IMG/VR virus record: IMGVR_UViG_3300018428_005148
Span: 1-64,000 of that record
Strand: one strand, 5' to 3'
From: a virus
Length of the DNA: 64,000 nt
The notes beneath the pieces are model-generated. The model did no database searches and was not told the DNA's origin. It worked only from the letters and a program-made list of their open reading frames with translations. The translations under genes and the position numbers were made by a program. Below are positions 19,475 through 27,952 of this stretch, in pieces; within the stretch, counting starts at the first letter, position 1, and each line of letters starts with the position of its first letter.

Positions 19475-20122
19475 ATGTTTAAATCACTACTAGCAGGTGT
19501 TGACAAGACACTTGTAAGAAATCTAGTAATTTTACACACGGCGGTTATTGCCCTGTCAAATTATCTAGTCACAATCAGATTTGATCTATTCCCTGGCGCG
19601 GACCTTCCGTTATTCGGATCGTTCCCATTAGCGGCGGCGGCATTCACATTTCCGATTGTTGTGGTGGCAACTGACCTGACAGTAAGGTTGGTTGGCAAGG
19701 AAGCAGGAAGGGCCGTTGTTGCAATGGCTGTGATTCCGGCTATCGTGGCATCAGTACTTGTATTGTTGGCACTGGGTGATCCACACGCATACAGAGTTGG
19801 ATTCGCATCTGGTACAGCATACGCAATTGGTACCATGCTTGACGTGTACGTTTTCCAAGCAATAAGAGAAAGATCTGACAATTGGTGGGCGGCACCGGCA
19901 CTTTCAACCATCGCGGCAAACATAATTGACACATACTCGTTCTTTTATGTGGCGTTCGCGGGATCGTTGGATGCCGAAGGTAACCTATCGTGGATTGGTG
20001 CTAACTGGCACGTGGTTGCTCAAAACAACACACTGACTAAAATTGTAGTTGGTCTAATAGTATTCTTACCAGCATATGGTGTACTGTTAAACAGACTGCA
20101 AGTCATTGGCAAGAAGAAATAG
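19475..20122 (+). CDS. yhhQ: Queuosine precursor (7-deazaguanine) transporter, YhhQ/Vut family
   Basis: IALSNYLV, FTFP...ATDLTVRLVG, LDVYVF, IIDT..F..VAF; SD GGAGG. Confidence 0.88.
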   Translation: MFKSLLAGVDKTLVRNLVILHTAVIALSNYLVTIRFDLFPGADLPLFGSFPLAAAAFTFPIVVVATDLTVRLVGKEAGRAVVAMAVIPAIVASVLVLLALGDPHAYRVGFASGTAYAIGTMLDVYVFQAIRERSDNWWAAPALSTIAANIIDTYSFFYVAFAGSLDAEGNLSWIGANWHVVAQNNTLTKIVVGLIVFLPAYGVLLNRLQVIGKKK

Positions 20123-20127
20123 AGCAC

Positions 20128-20150
20128 ATGGGGGAATTATTTTCCCCCAT
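20128..20150 (+). terminator. Stem-loop after yhhQ (terminator or processing hairpin)
   Basis: ATGGGGGAA-TTATT-TTCCCCCAT perfect 9-bp stem; no strong U-tract. Confidence 0.5.
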
Positions 20151-20178
20151 TGACTTAGACATCTAAATACATTATAAT
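20150..20178 (+). promoter_or_regulatory. Composite promoter TTGACT-17-TATAAT with TAAATA in the spacer
   Basis: TAAATA at 20164-20169; ATG 20186 is 7 nt after the -10. Confidence 0.75.
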
Positions 20179-20185
20179 AAACATT

Positions 20186-20572
20186 ATGGGAAACATTGCA
20201 GGAAAAATTTGGGGATCCACAGAACTTATTCTAGCAAACAGTTCACTTGAATTTCACAGGATAGATTACAAGGCAGGCGGGGTCTGTTCAAAACACAAAC
20301 ACGAATACAAATGGAACGGTTTTTACGTCGTGTCAGGACGCATGAAGATAAAAGTCTGGCAGAAGGACTACGACTTGGTTGATGAAACGATCCTGGAACC
20401 AGGACAATTCACCGCTGTAAAACCGGGACTATACCACACGTTTGAAGGCATCGAGGACGGCGTGGCGTTTGAACTCTACTGGGCCAACTTCCAACACAAT
20501 GACATCCAAAGAGAATCTGTTGGCTATTCAAAGACTGATAACGTGGTTAGACTAGACAAGAAGAAAAAATAA
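20186..20572 (+). CDS. Cupin-domain protein
   Basis: GKIWG, SKHKH..K.NGFYV.SG, PGLYHTF. Confidence 0.8.
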   Translation: MGNIAGKIWGSTELILANSSLEFHRIDYKAGGVCSKHKHEYKWNGFYVVSGRMKIKVWQKDYDLVDETILEPGQFTAVKPGLYHTFEGIEDGVAFELYWANFQHNDIQRESVGYSKTDNVVRLDKKKK

Positions 20573-20760
20573 TGGAGTTCATTTCTCCCGACGGCAAATG
20601 GAAAGTTGAGATCAAATGGACCCAGTTGACGCAAATAAAAGAACCAGTTAAAATAAAACAAATAGACACAGAATTGGAAAAGAGCATGAAAGGCAATTGG
20701 ACAGTCAAAGAGATTGTTGCATCAATGAAAAGGAGTTATCCAGAAATATGGAAAAAATAA
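20572..20760 (+). CDS. Small hypothetical protein
   Basis: 62 aa, TAATG coupling. Confidence 0.55.
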   Translation: MEFISPDGKWKVEIKWTQLTQIKEPVKIKQIDTELEKSMKGNWTVKEIVASMKRSYPEIWKK

Positions 20761-21635
20761 GGTACTCGGAGATATTCTACAGTGTGCAGGGCGAGGGTAG
20801 ATTCGTTGGCGTTCCCTCTGTGTTCTTCCGTGTGTTTGGTTGTAACTTCAACTGTCATGGTTTTGGCCAGGGAAGAGACAAGACCAAATGGTTGAAACCG
20901 GAAGAGATGCCATATGCCACGCAGGACCTTTCAGATGTTCAACACGTCAGTGAACTACCGGTGGTCGAGATTGGCTGTGACGCCAGCGCCAGTTGGGCGT
21001 CAAGATACAAGCATCTTGTGAGTTGGGATGACGTAAGCAAAATTGCAAAGGACGTTACGGCACACACTCCACAGAATAAATGGACATGCGACAACGGACA
21101 GGATGTGCATTTCATCATAACTGGAGGTGAACCAATGCTGTGGCAAAGGGAGACACAACAACTGCTGAGACAAACAGAATTCAACGACTTGAAAAACCTC
21201 ACTATCGAGACAAACTGCACACAACCATTCAAAGAGAATTTTGACAAGTTCCTACACGGACTGGTGGCAGGCGACTACACAAAGGAACCTGTACACATCA
21301 CTTGGTCTACATCACCAAAACTATCAATATCAGGTGAGAAGTGGGATAAGGCCATCAGACCAGACGTTGCCAAGCAGTATGCATCAATACCAAACACACA
21401 CCTCTATTACAAGTTCGTTGTGCAGGATGAACAAGACCTTGATGAAGTAAACAGGGCCAGAGACGAATACCACAAAGCGGATGTAGATGCCGACATATAT
21501 CTGATGCCAATGGGTGCCACACAGGAGGGACAGGCTAAGACTGCTACTCAGGTCGCGGACATGGCAATGAAACACGGATTTAAATATTCACCGAGACTAC
21601 ACGTAGATTTATTCGGAAACAAATGGGGAACTTGA
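20748..21635 (+). CDS. queE: 7-carboxy-7-deazaguanine synthase (radical SAM)
   Basis: EIFYSVQGEG..G.PSVF.R.FGCNFNC...GCD, TGGEP, ETN, SPKL, RLH; SD AGGAG. Confidence 0.92.
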   Translation: MEKIRYSEIFYSVQGEGRFVGVPSVFFRVFGCNFNCHGFGQGRDKTKWLKPEEMPYATQDLSDVQHVSELPVVEIGCDASASWASRYKHLVSWDDVSKIAKDVTAHTPQNKWTCDNGQDVHFIITGGEPMLWQRETQQLLRQTEFNDLKNLTIETNCTQPFKENFDKFLHGLVAGDYTKEPVHITWSTSPKLSISGEKWDKAIRPDVAKQYASIPNTHLYYKFVVQDEQDLDEVNRARDEYHKADVDADIYLMPMGATQEGQAKTATQVADMAMKHGFKYSPRLHVDLFGNKWGT

Positions 21636-23020
21636 TGCAAAACGTGGATCCACTTTGGATATGTTTGATAGCATACCTAGGGCTGACAATCGTTACAACC
21701 AGTAATATACAGTCAAAATACAAAAACACAAACGATGGTTTCTGTGTATCCGGGAGGACCGCTCCCGTATGGATGGTATCCATAAGTGCGGCCAGCTCTT
21801 GGTTATGGGTGTTGGGACTATTGTTGATAGGTAGATTCAGCATTGAATTTGGCCCAGCGGGTGTGTTTTGGTCATACGGCCTTCCGTTCCTGGCCACATC
21901 GATTCTATTTGGCTATTTCGCTAAAAAATTAATTCAAAAATTTCCCGATGGTTTCACTTTAAACTCTTTCATAGATCATAGATATCAAAACAATAAACTC
22001 ACAAGGCTGTATCAATTCCTGCAGGTGGCGGCGTGTGTATATGCGGTCAGCGGAACTTTGACTTCGTTTGGAATTGTGGCGGAGTTTGTGTCTGACAGTT
22101 TCAATTACAATGTGATAGTTTTAGTGGTCGCCTTTACCGTGCTTGCCTACAGCATGTGGGGAGGACAGAAGGCATGTCACCGAACTGACGTGATCAATAT
22201 TCTATTATTGTTGTTTATTTCAGTCTTTGGTGGAATTTACATAGTCAGCACCAACGGCGGAATTGGAGAAGTGTTTGGCAACTGGACATCTGCAACCGGT
22301 GTTTCTTTATTTGACACAAATCTCATGTGGACCAAGGGCATGTTCTTGTCACTGATTTTTGTTGGTTCTTTCCTTGCTGATAACATGCAGTACCAGAATG
22401 CTTGGTCTCTGGGTGATAGAAATAAAACCATAAAGGCATATTGGATAGCCAGCATTATACTGGCAGTGATAATAACGGGAATATCTCTGATCACAGGCAC
22501 GATATTCACAACAGCACCCGACTTCACAGTTCATCCGGACGTGGCACAAATGCTTATGATAAAAACAACATTTGGCGTATCCGGAGTAATATTTTTCATG
22601 CTGGCCGTTCTGTTCAAGGCGTCAAGCGTGATAGATTCAACACTGAACGGGGCGGGCACAGTGATTTCAAATGACATCATCAAAAAATCAAATCCTGTCA
22701 CAGTAAATAGATTGAGCATGGCCGCAATTATGATCGTGTCAACAGCGATAGCAATACTAAGGATAGATATCTGGGTGCTGGTATCCACTTTCGGACTACT
22801 GCGTATCATTATGATTTTTCCTACCATATACGCTGTGTTTTCTGAAAAACAAATCAAAACTGACCTGTTGTTTTATGTTCTCGTTGCTACCACCGTGATC
22901 GGTATCGGTTCAACGTTCACTACACTTCCAATAGACAGGGCCACACTTGGACTTATTGTTTTTACTATACCAGCGGCAGTCACAGTTTATGAGCACTACA
23001 GACAACAACTTCGCACTTGA
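21635..23020 (+). CDS. Sodium:solute symporter family transporter
   Basis: About 12-13 TM segments; F..SGR.AP.W....S.ASSW, YSMWGG..A...TD, SVIDS.L motifs. Confidence 0.75.
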   Translation: MQNVDPLWICLIAYLGLTIVTTSNIQSKYKNTNDGFCVSGRTAPVWMVSISAASSWLWVLGLLLIGRFSIEFGPAGVFWSYGLPFLATSILFGYFAKKLIQKFPDGFTLNSFIDHRYQNNKLTRLYQFLQVAACVYAVSGTLTSFGIVAEFVSDSFNYNVIVLVVAFTVLAYSMWGGQKACHRTDVINILLLLFISVFGGIYIVSTNGGIGEVFGNWTSATGVSLFDTNLMWTKGMFLSLIFVGSFLADNMQYQNAWSLGDRNKTIKAYWIASIILAVIITGISLITGTIFTTAPDFTVHPDVAQMLMIKTTFGVSGVIFFMLAVLFKASSVIDSTLNGAGTVISNDIIKKSNPVTVNRLSMAAIMIVSTAIAILRIDIWVLVSTFGLLRIIMIFPTIYAVFSEKQIKTDLLFYVLVATTVIGIGSTFTTLPIDRATLGLIVFTIPAAVTVYEHYRQQLRT

Positions 23021-24383
23021 TGTTTTCAACACACAAAAAAGTGACCAGATTTTTTGTGTAGATTCGTCCGGTGATTCCGTCACATACAACGATCTAGAAA
23101 GTTCGGTGAGAAAGTTCGCCCACCTGTTGAAAAGCAAACACGGTGTTGTGCCCGGCACACGTGTGGCAATGGCACTGGAGGACACGGTACATTGGCCAGT
23201 GACTTTCTTGGCAATAATATTATTGGGGGCAAATCCGGTGCTACTTTTTTCCAACATGGTCAAGAAAGACATGGATTTTGTCTTGACATCCTCGGATGCC
23301 CAACTTATTGTTTCGGACCATCCAGAATCCACGTTCAAATCAGTCACAACAAAAGAATTAATAGATTCAAAAGAGGAACACACTGCGGCACACAACTGGG
23401 ATGACGAACGACCATGTTGGTGGGCTCTGTCTAGCGGCAGTGGGGGATCGTACAAAATTATAGTGCATAATCATGCTTCATTCAAGAAATTATATACGTT
23501 TGCCAACACCGCGGTGGGTGTTTCATCAAGTGACGTTGTCTTATGCACCGCCAAAATGAGTTTCCCTTATGGACTGGCACAAATGTATTGGGTGTTGAAA
23601 AACGGTGCAACATTGTGCTTGATCGAAAAAACTCCTGCTCCTAGTTTGGTATTCCGAATGATTAAGAGACACAGTGTGACACGCTTGAATGTAGGACCGT
23701 ATCTGTTGAATGCAATGTGTGCCAGCAAAAACAAATTTGATCTCACAGGAACGAAGATAATATGCTCGGGAGAATACCTGTCAGATGACCTACGTGCTAA
23801 GGTCAAACAACATCTTGGATCTAGCGTGTATGACACTTATGGTGCCACGGAAGTATGGACGACCATTTCATTCCAGAATGACCCGGCAACAAACGACGCG
23901 GGCGAGATACTGGATGGTGTAGAAACCAAGATAGTCGATGGCGAACTATACATCAAACATCCTGTACAGGCAATGGGTTATTGGAATGCTCCCGAACTGA
24001 CGCGAAAGGTATTTCAAAAGGACTGGGTCGCAACAGGAGACTCAGTGGAGATAACCAATAACCGCATCAAGTTCTTGGGCAGGGTTGACAACATGATCAA
24101 AATAAAGGGAACTTTTGTTTCACTGCTCGACATAGAGGACGCAATAAGATCATGCCCTAACGTAGACGAGTGTATCGTAGTAGTTGCTCACAATGGTGCA
24201 ATCCAAAATTTATTAGCCAAGGTAAAATTTGTTTCAAAAGACCCAGGAGTGTCGGCGCTGAGGAAACACCTCAGGACCATTCTTCCATCTGACAAAATAC
24301 CAAAACACATAGAACAAGTTTCAGAATTACCAAAAACTATCAATAATAAACTAAAAAGAGAGTTGGCAAAACTGCAAAAATAA
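22989..24383 (+). CDS. AMP-forming acyl/aryl-CoA ligase (benzoate-CoA ligase-like, divergent)
   Basis: LSSGSGGSYK P-loop variant, AKMSFPYGL, SGEYL, YGATE, ATGD, GRVDNMIK, LPKTINNK. Confidence 0.82.
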   Translation: MSTTDNNFALDVFNTQKSDQIFCVDSSGDSVTYNDLESSVRKFAHLLKSKHGVVPGTRVAMALEDTVHWPVTFLAIILLGANPVLLFSNMVKKDMDFVLTSSDAQLIVSDHPESTFKSVTTKELIDSKEEHTAAHNWDDERPCWWALSSGSGGSYKIIVHNHASFKKLYTFANTAVGVSSSDVVLCTAKMSFPYGLAQMYWVLKNGATLCLIEKTPAPSLVFRMIKRHSVTRLNVGPYLLNAMCASKNKFDLTGTKIICSGEYLSDDLRAKVKQHLGSSVYDTYGATEVWTTISFQNDPATNDAGEILDGVETKIVDGELYIKHPVQAMGYWNAPELTRKVFQKDWVATGDSVEITNNRIKFLGRVDNMIKIKGTFVSLLDIEDAIRSCPNVDECIVVVAHNGAIQNLLAKVKFVSKDPGVSALRKHLRTILPSDKIPKHIEQVSELPKTINNKLKRELAKLQK

Positions 24384-24391
24384 TATATAAT
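24363..24391 (+). promoter_or_regulatory. Sigma70-like promoter TTGGCA-17-TATAAT
   Basis: ATG 24398 is 6 nt after the -10, no SD. Confidence 0.7.
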
Positions 24392-24397
24392 AATACT

Positions 24398-24721
24398 ATG
24401 AAGGTAAAAAAAACAGCAAAAAGCACATTGAAGAAAAAGAAAGGATCATCCAAGAAGAGCGAAGAGCCAATAGTCAAGGTTCTCAACTTGAACGTGAACC
24501 CTGAGAATCCCAGGAACGGTTTCTTTGAACTGGACTGGAACGCCGAGTTCGTGAACATGCTACAGCAGAGTGGGTATCAAGGACAGTCGGAAGAAGAAAT
24601 AGTGGACAGATGGTTCCAGACCCTTTGTAGAACAATCGGAAATGAACAAGGCATAGACGTCACTGGATCTGGCTACGTGCAGATCAACAGGAGAGATGAC
24701 GGCAAGACAGAGGTGTCATAA
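24398..24721 (+). CDS. Hypothetical phage protein
   Basis: GFFELDWN..FV...GY.G.SEEEIVD.WF motif. Confidence 0.7.
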   Translation: MKVKKTAKSTLKKKKGSSKKSEEPIVKVLNLNVNPENPRNGFFELDWNAEFVNMLQQSGYQGQSEEEIVDRWFQTLCRTIGNEQGIDVTGSGYVQINRRDDGKTEVS

Positions 24722-25707
24722 TGGCACACATCCTAGTAGACACAGCAAACACATTTTTTAGAGCCAGACACGTTATACGTGGAGACACTTCCGAGAAGGT
24801 GGGAATGGCCATCCACATCATGATGAACTCGATCAAGAAGGCCTGGCAGGACTTCGGTGGCAGACACGTGGTGTTCTGTCTAGAAGGCAGGTCATGGCGC
24901 AAGGATCACTACGCACCCTACAAGAGGAATCGTAAGGAAATGGCAGACGCAATGACCGAGAAGGAGAAGGAAGAAAACGAAGTGTTCTGGGAGTGCTACG
25001 ATGACTTCTGTGATTTCATAAAGACAAAGACCAATGTCACTGTGCTACGGAACGCAAGGACAGAAGCAGACGACCTCATAGCAAGATGGATAGACAAACA
25101 TCCAAATGAACAGCACGTGATCATAAGCACGGACAAGGACCTCAATCAACTGGTAGCACCAAATGTGAAGCAGTACAACGGTGTTACAGAAATAACACTC
25201 ACGAACGAAGGATGGTTTGACAAGAAAGGTGAACCCGTTATAGATAAGAAATTAAAAGCACCCAAGCCAGCGCCGAACACGGAATGGATGATATTCGAAA
25301 AGGCCATGAGGGGTGATCCAAGCGACAACATATTCTCAGCATACCCAGGTGTGCGTACAAAGGGCACAAAGAACAAGATCGGCCTACAAGAGGCATTCGC
25401 TGATAGACATGAAAAGGGCTACACGTGGAACAACCTTATGTTGAGCAAATGGGTGGATCATGATGGCAACGAGCACAGAGTTTTAGAAGACTATGAACGA
25501 AACAAGTTATTAGTGGATCTACACGCACAACCAGAGGCCATAATTGAAGAACTGGACCAAACGATAGCACAGGCAAAGGCCGAGAACAAGAACGTGGCAC
25601 AGGTTGGAATCAGATTCATGAGGTTCTGTTCCAAATACGACCTAAATAAGATTAGTGAGCAGGCTCAACTTTACGTAGAGCCTTTTAATGCGAGGTTAAC
25701 AGCATGA
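24721..25707 (+). CDS. rnh: RNase H / 5'-3' exonuclease (T4 Rnh/FEN family)
   Basis: ILVD, SWRK...YK.NR, EADD, STDKD, GDPSDNI. Confidence 0.88.
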   Translation: MAHILVDTANTFFRARHVIRGDTSEKVGMAIHIMMNSIKKAWQDFGGRHVVFCLEGRSWRKDHYAPYKRNRKEMADAMTEKEKEENEVFWECYDDFCDFIKTKTNVTVLRNARTEADDLIARWIDKHPNEQHVIISTDKDLNQLVAPNVKQYNGVTEITLTNEGWFDKKGEPVIDKKLKAPKPAPNTEWMIFEKAMRGDPSDNIFSAYPGVRTKGTKNKIGLQEAFADRHEKGYTWNNLMLSKWVDHDGNEHRVLEDYERNKLLVDLHAQPEAIIEELDQTIAQAKAENKNVAQVGIRFMRFCSKYDLNKISEQAQLYVEPFNARLTA

Positions 25708-26213
25708 CGGTGAGAGCAAAAACATTAGTCAAAGACAAGTTCTGGATTGTCGAGCAAAACGGTGAGAAACTAGGAACCCTTTCTAAACAGGACGGCAACG
25801 GCTGGATATTCCTAAGCAAGAAGGACAAGAGGCAAGTGTTCCACACGCAGGAGAGCCTGTTCACACGTTTTGGATTCAACATATTTGACCGGAACCAAGA
25901 ACAGCACGTGGAAAATACACACGTAGACAACTTTGATGTGCATGGGTTTCCTTGCCCGCAACATCCATACAACCCAATGTTCAACGTCCAGAAACAACTA
26001 CCGGTTTACACTAAGACTCCAAAAAGCAAAAGCCAATTTTGTGCAGGATATTACATCATATGTTTTGAAAAAGGGTGGCGTAAAGCATACTGCCCAAAGA
26101 TGATTACCCTGCAAAGGTACACTTACAAAGGACCTATGAAAAACAAAATAGAAATGCAACAGGTTTTAAACAATGCAATCAAAGAATTTCAAAATACAAA
26201 CACGCCCGCTTGA
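25704..26213 (+). CDS. Hypothetical phage protein
   Basis: 169 aa, ATGA coupling. Confidence 0.7.
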   Translation: MTVRAKTLVKDKFWIVEQNGEKLGTLSKQDGNGWIFLSKKDKRQVFHTQESLFTRFGFNIFDRNQEQHVENTHVDNFDVHGFPCPQHPYNPMFNVQKQLPVYTKTPKSKSQFCAGYYIICFEKGWRKAYCPKMITLQRYTYKGPMKNKIEMQQVLNNAIKEFQNTNTPA

Positions 26214-26430
26214 GGACCTTCTAGGTAGGATAAGGACACTCCGACAGAAAGGCGAGAGGCAGATCATTATACAGGCTTCCGAAGCAGACAGGATAGCAGA
26301 TTCATTATCACAGGTCATGACCAGACTGGTGTCGGTACAGGAAGAAATAATAGATGCCCTCAAAAGCGCCAGAGAAGCACAAACTATAGATATTGAAATG
26401 GATGGCGGTACATTTGGTGATAAAAAGTAG
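26173..26430 (+). CDS. Hypothetical protein
   Basis: 85 aa ending in MDGGTF. Confidence 0.65.
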   Translation: MQSKNFKIQTRPLEDLLGRIRTLRQKGERQIIIQASEADRIADSLSQVMTRLVSVQEEIIDALKSAREAQTIDIEMDGGTFGDKK

Positions 26431-27208
26431 ACGCTTCACAGTACATCTCACTGACGGAAAAAAAGAATTAGCACTTTCCTACAGGCTCAATGACACAGAA
26501 ATAGCACGAAAATGGTATCAAAAAATAAAACACCTCAACAGGATACCAATAGATGCTATAGAATCTTTAGTGGCTGATGTGTCAGATCTAACAACAATAT
26601 ACAGGCAGTTTTGTTCATTTGCAGGAATCACACCAATCAGTGTTGACAGAAATCCCTCACAGCATCAGTTGAACTTGCTCCACCAGGTATTTGAGACTGA
26701 GCATGACAGGTTATCTAAACTACCCAATAATGGAATTGTTTATAAGTTTCACCACGCAATACACAAACAAGAGAAATCCAACCAACTGCCTAGGACCAGG
26801 GTAGGATGGGGAGTAAAAGAGGGGCCTCTCACAGAGACAATGCACTGCAATAATTACTACCAAGAACACATAAAACGCAACAACATTTATCTGCCATGGG
26901 CAGAACTTGGCAAGACACCATACCAGTACTGGTGCGATGGAGAACCAAACAGGATCGACAGGATCATAGAACTGTGTAAACCTCATGTGACTTTTCGTGC
27001 CATGTTTTTCCTTGCCCATAAGGACCAACCCATTATCCCATTCCCAAACAAATTCAATCAATGGTTCAATCAACATAAATCAAGTTGGTGCGCCGCCCAC
27101 TCAATATCAGATTGGGAGGAGAAGGATGAGCAATCTGCACCATTACTGGCAATAGCCGAACACGACGAGGACATAAGTGGACTTGCCTATGTTAAGATAA
27201 AACTTTAG
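26393..27208 (+). CDS. Hypothetical accessory protein (start uncertain, possibly GTG 26417)
   Basis: Long ORF containing LN.LH..FE and IYLPWAELGK motifs. Confidence 0.6.
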   Translation: MKWMAVHLVIKSRRFTVHLTDGKKELALSYRLNDTEIARKWYQKIKHLNRIPIDAIESLVADVSDLTTIYRQFCSFAGITPISVDRNPSQHQLNLLHQVFETEHDRLSKLPNNGIVYKFHHAIHKQEKSNQLPRTRVGWGVKEGPLTETMHCNNYYQEHIKRNNIYLPWAELGKTPYQYWCDGEPNRIDRIIELCKPHVTFRAMFFLAHKDQPIIPFPNKFNQWFNQHKSSWCAAHSISDWEEKDEQSAPLLAIAEHDEDISGLAYVKIKL

Positions 27209-27250
27209 GTGTACAATTTCTGGTAAATACAGTTGTATATTTTTACAACT

Positions 27251-27538
27251 ATGAGCAGACCAAAGCCAACAGTGCTGTTGCAACACAGCAATAAAACCAC
27301 CTACAAAATGGACGAGGTCCTAGCGGCCGAGGGCATCTGGGCGGTGTTCTATGATGGTAAACCAATCAACCTGAAATCATCCAGCCTTGTGGCCAACTAC
27401 CCGGGACCAAAATACAAGAAGGTTTCGTTCTCTAATCCGGGGCATGCCGAAAATTTGGCTAAGAAATTAAACAGTCAACACAACACCGACAAATTTGCAG
27501 TGTATCTATTGAAGACTGGCGAAAAATTCAATCGTTAA
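27251..27538 (+). CDS. Hypothetical phage protein
   Basis: MSRPKPTVLL start; KYKKVSFSNPGHA motif; TAAATA at 27224-27229. Confidence 0.7.
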   Translation: MSRPKPTVLLQHSNKTTYKMDEVLAAEGIWAVFYDGKPINLKSSSLVANYPGPKYKKVSFSNPGHAENLAKKLNSQHNTDKFAVYLLKTGEKFNR

Positions 27539-27559
27539 ATCCATACCTTAAATAGCAGT

Positions 27560-27952
27560 ATGGACCGCAAGACCGCATACACCAAAACATTCCTCGAGTT
27601 GAAAGAACAACCAACACACGACGAGCAGGTAAAGGCATCATACTTCGCATGGTGGCAAAATGTCAGGGAGAGCTACCAGGCAAGGTCTTTGCGTCTTACC
27701 AAACTAGGACTCGAATGGGTGCAATCATGCGATATAAAAACGTACGAAATTAAATTTCCTGCCAAGATCATATTCACTCCTCAGACTTACCTATGGCTAG
27801 ACGAATTTGTAGACTGTCCCTATTTCGTGGACAAGAAAAAAATAATAGTGACCATGGAAAAGATGGCATTGCAATTAATGATGTTCGCTGGAGATATCAC
27901 CAAGTATGGACTCGCAAGGGCAATGAGTAAGGCCGATGGAAAAGAAAACTAA
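27560..27952 (+). CDS. Hypothetical phage protein
   Basis: TAAATA (27549-27554) 5 nt before the ATG; SLRLTKLG motif. Confidence 0.7.
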   Translation: MDRKTAYTKTFLELKEQPTHDEQVKASYFAWWQNVRESYQARSLRLTKLGLEWVQSCDIKTYEIKFPAKIIFTPQTYLWLDEFVDCPYFVDKKKIIVTMEKMALQLMMFAGDITKYGLARAMSKADGKEN

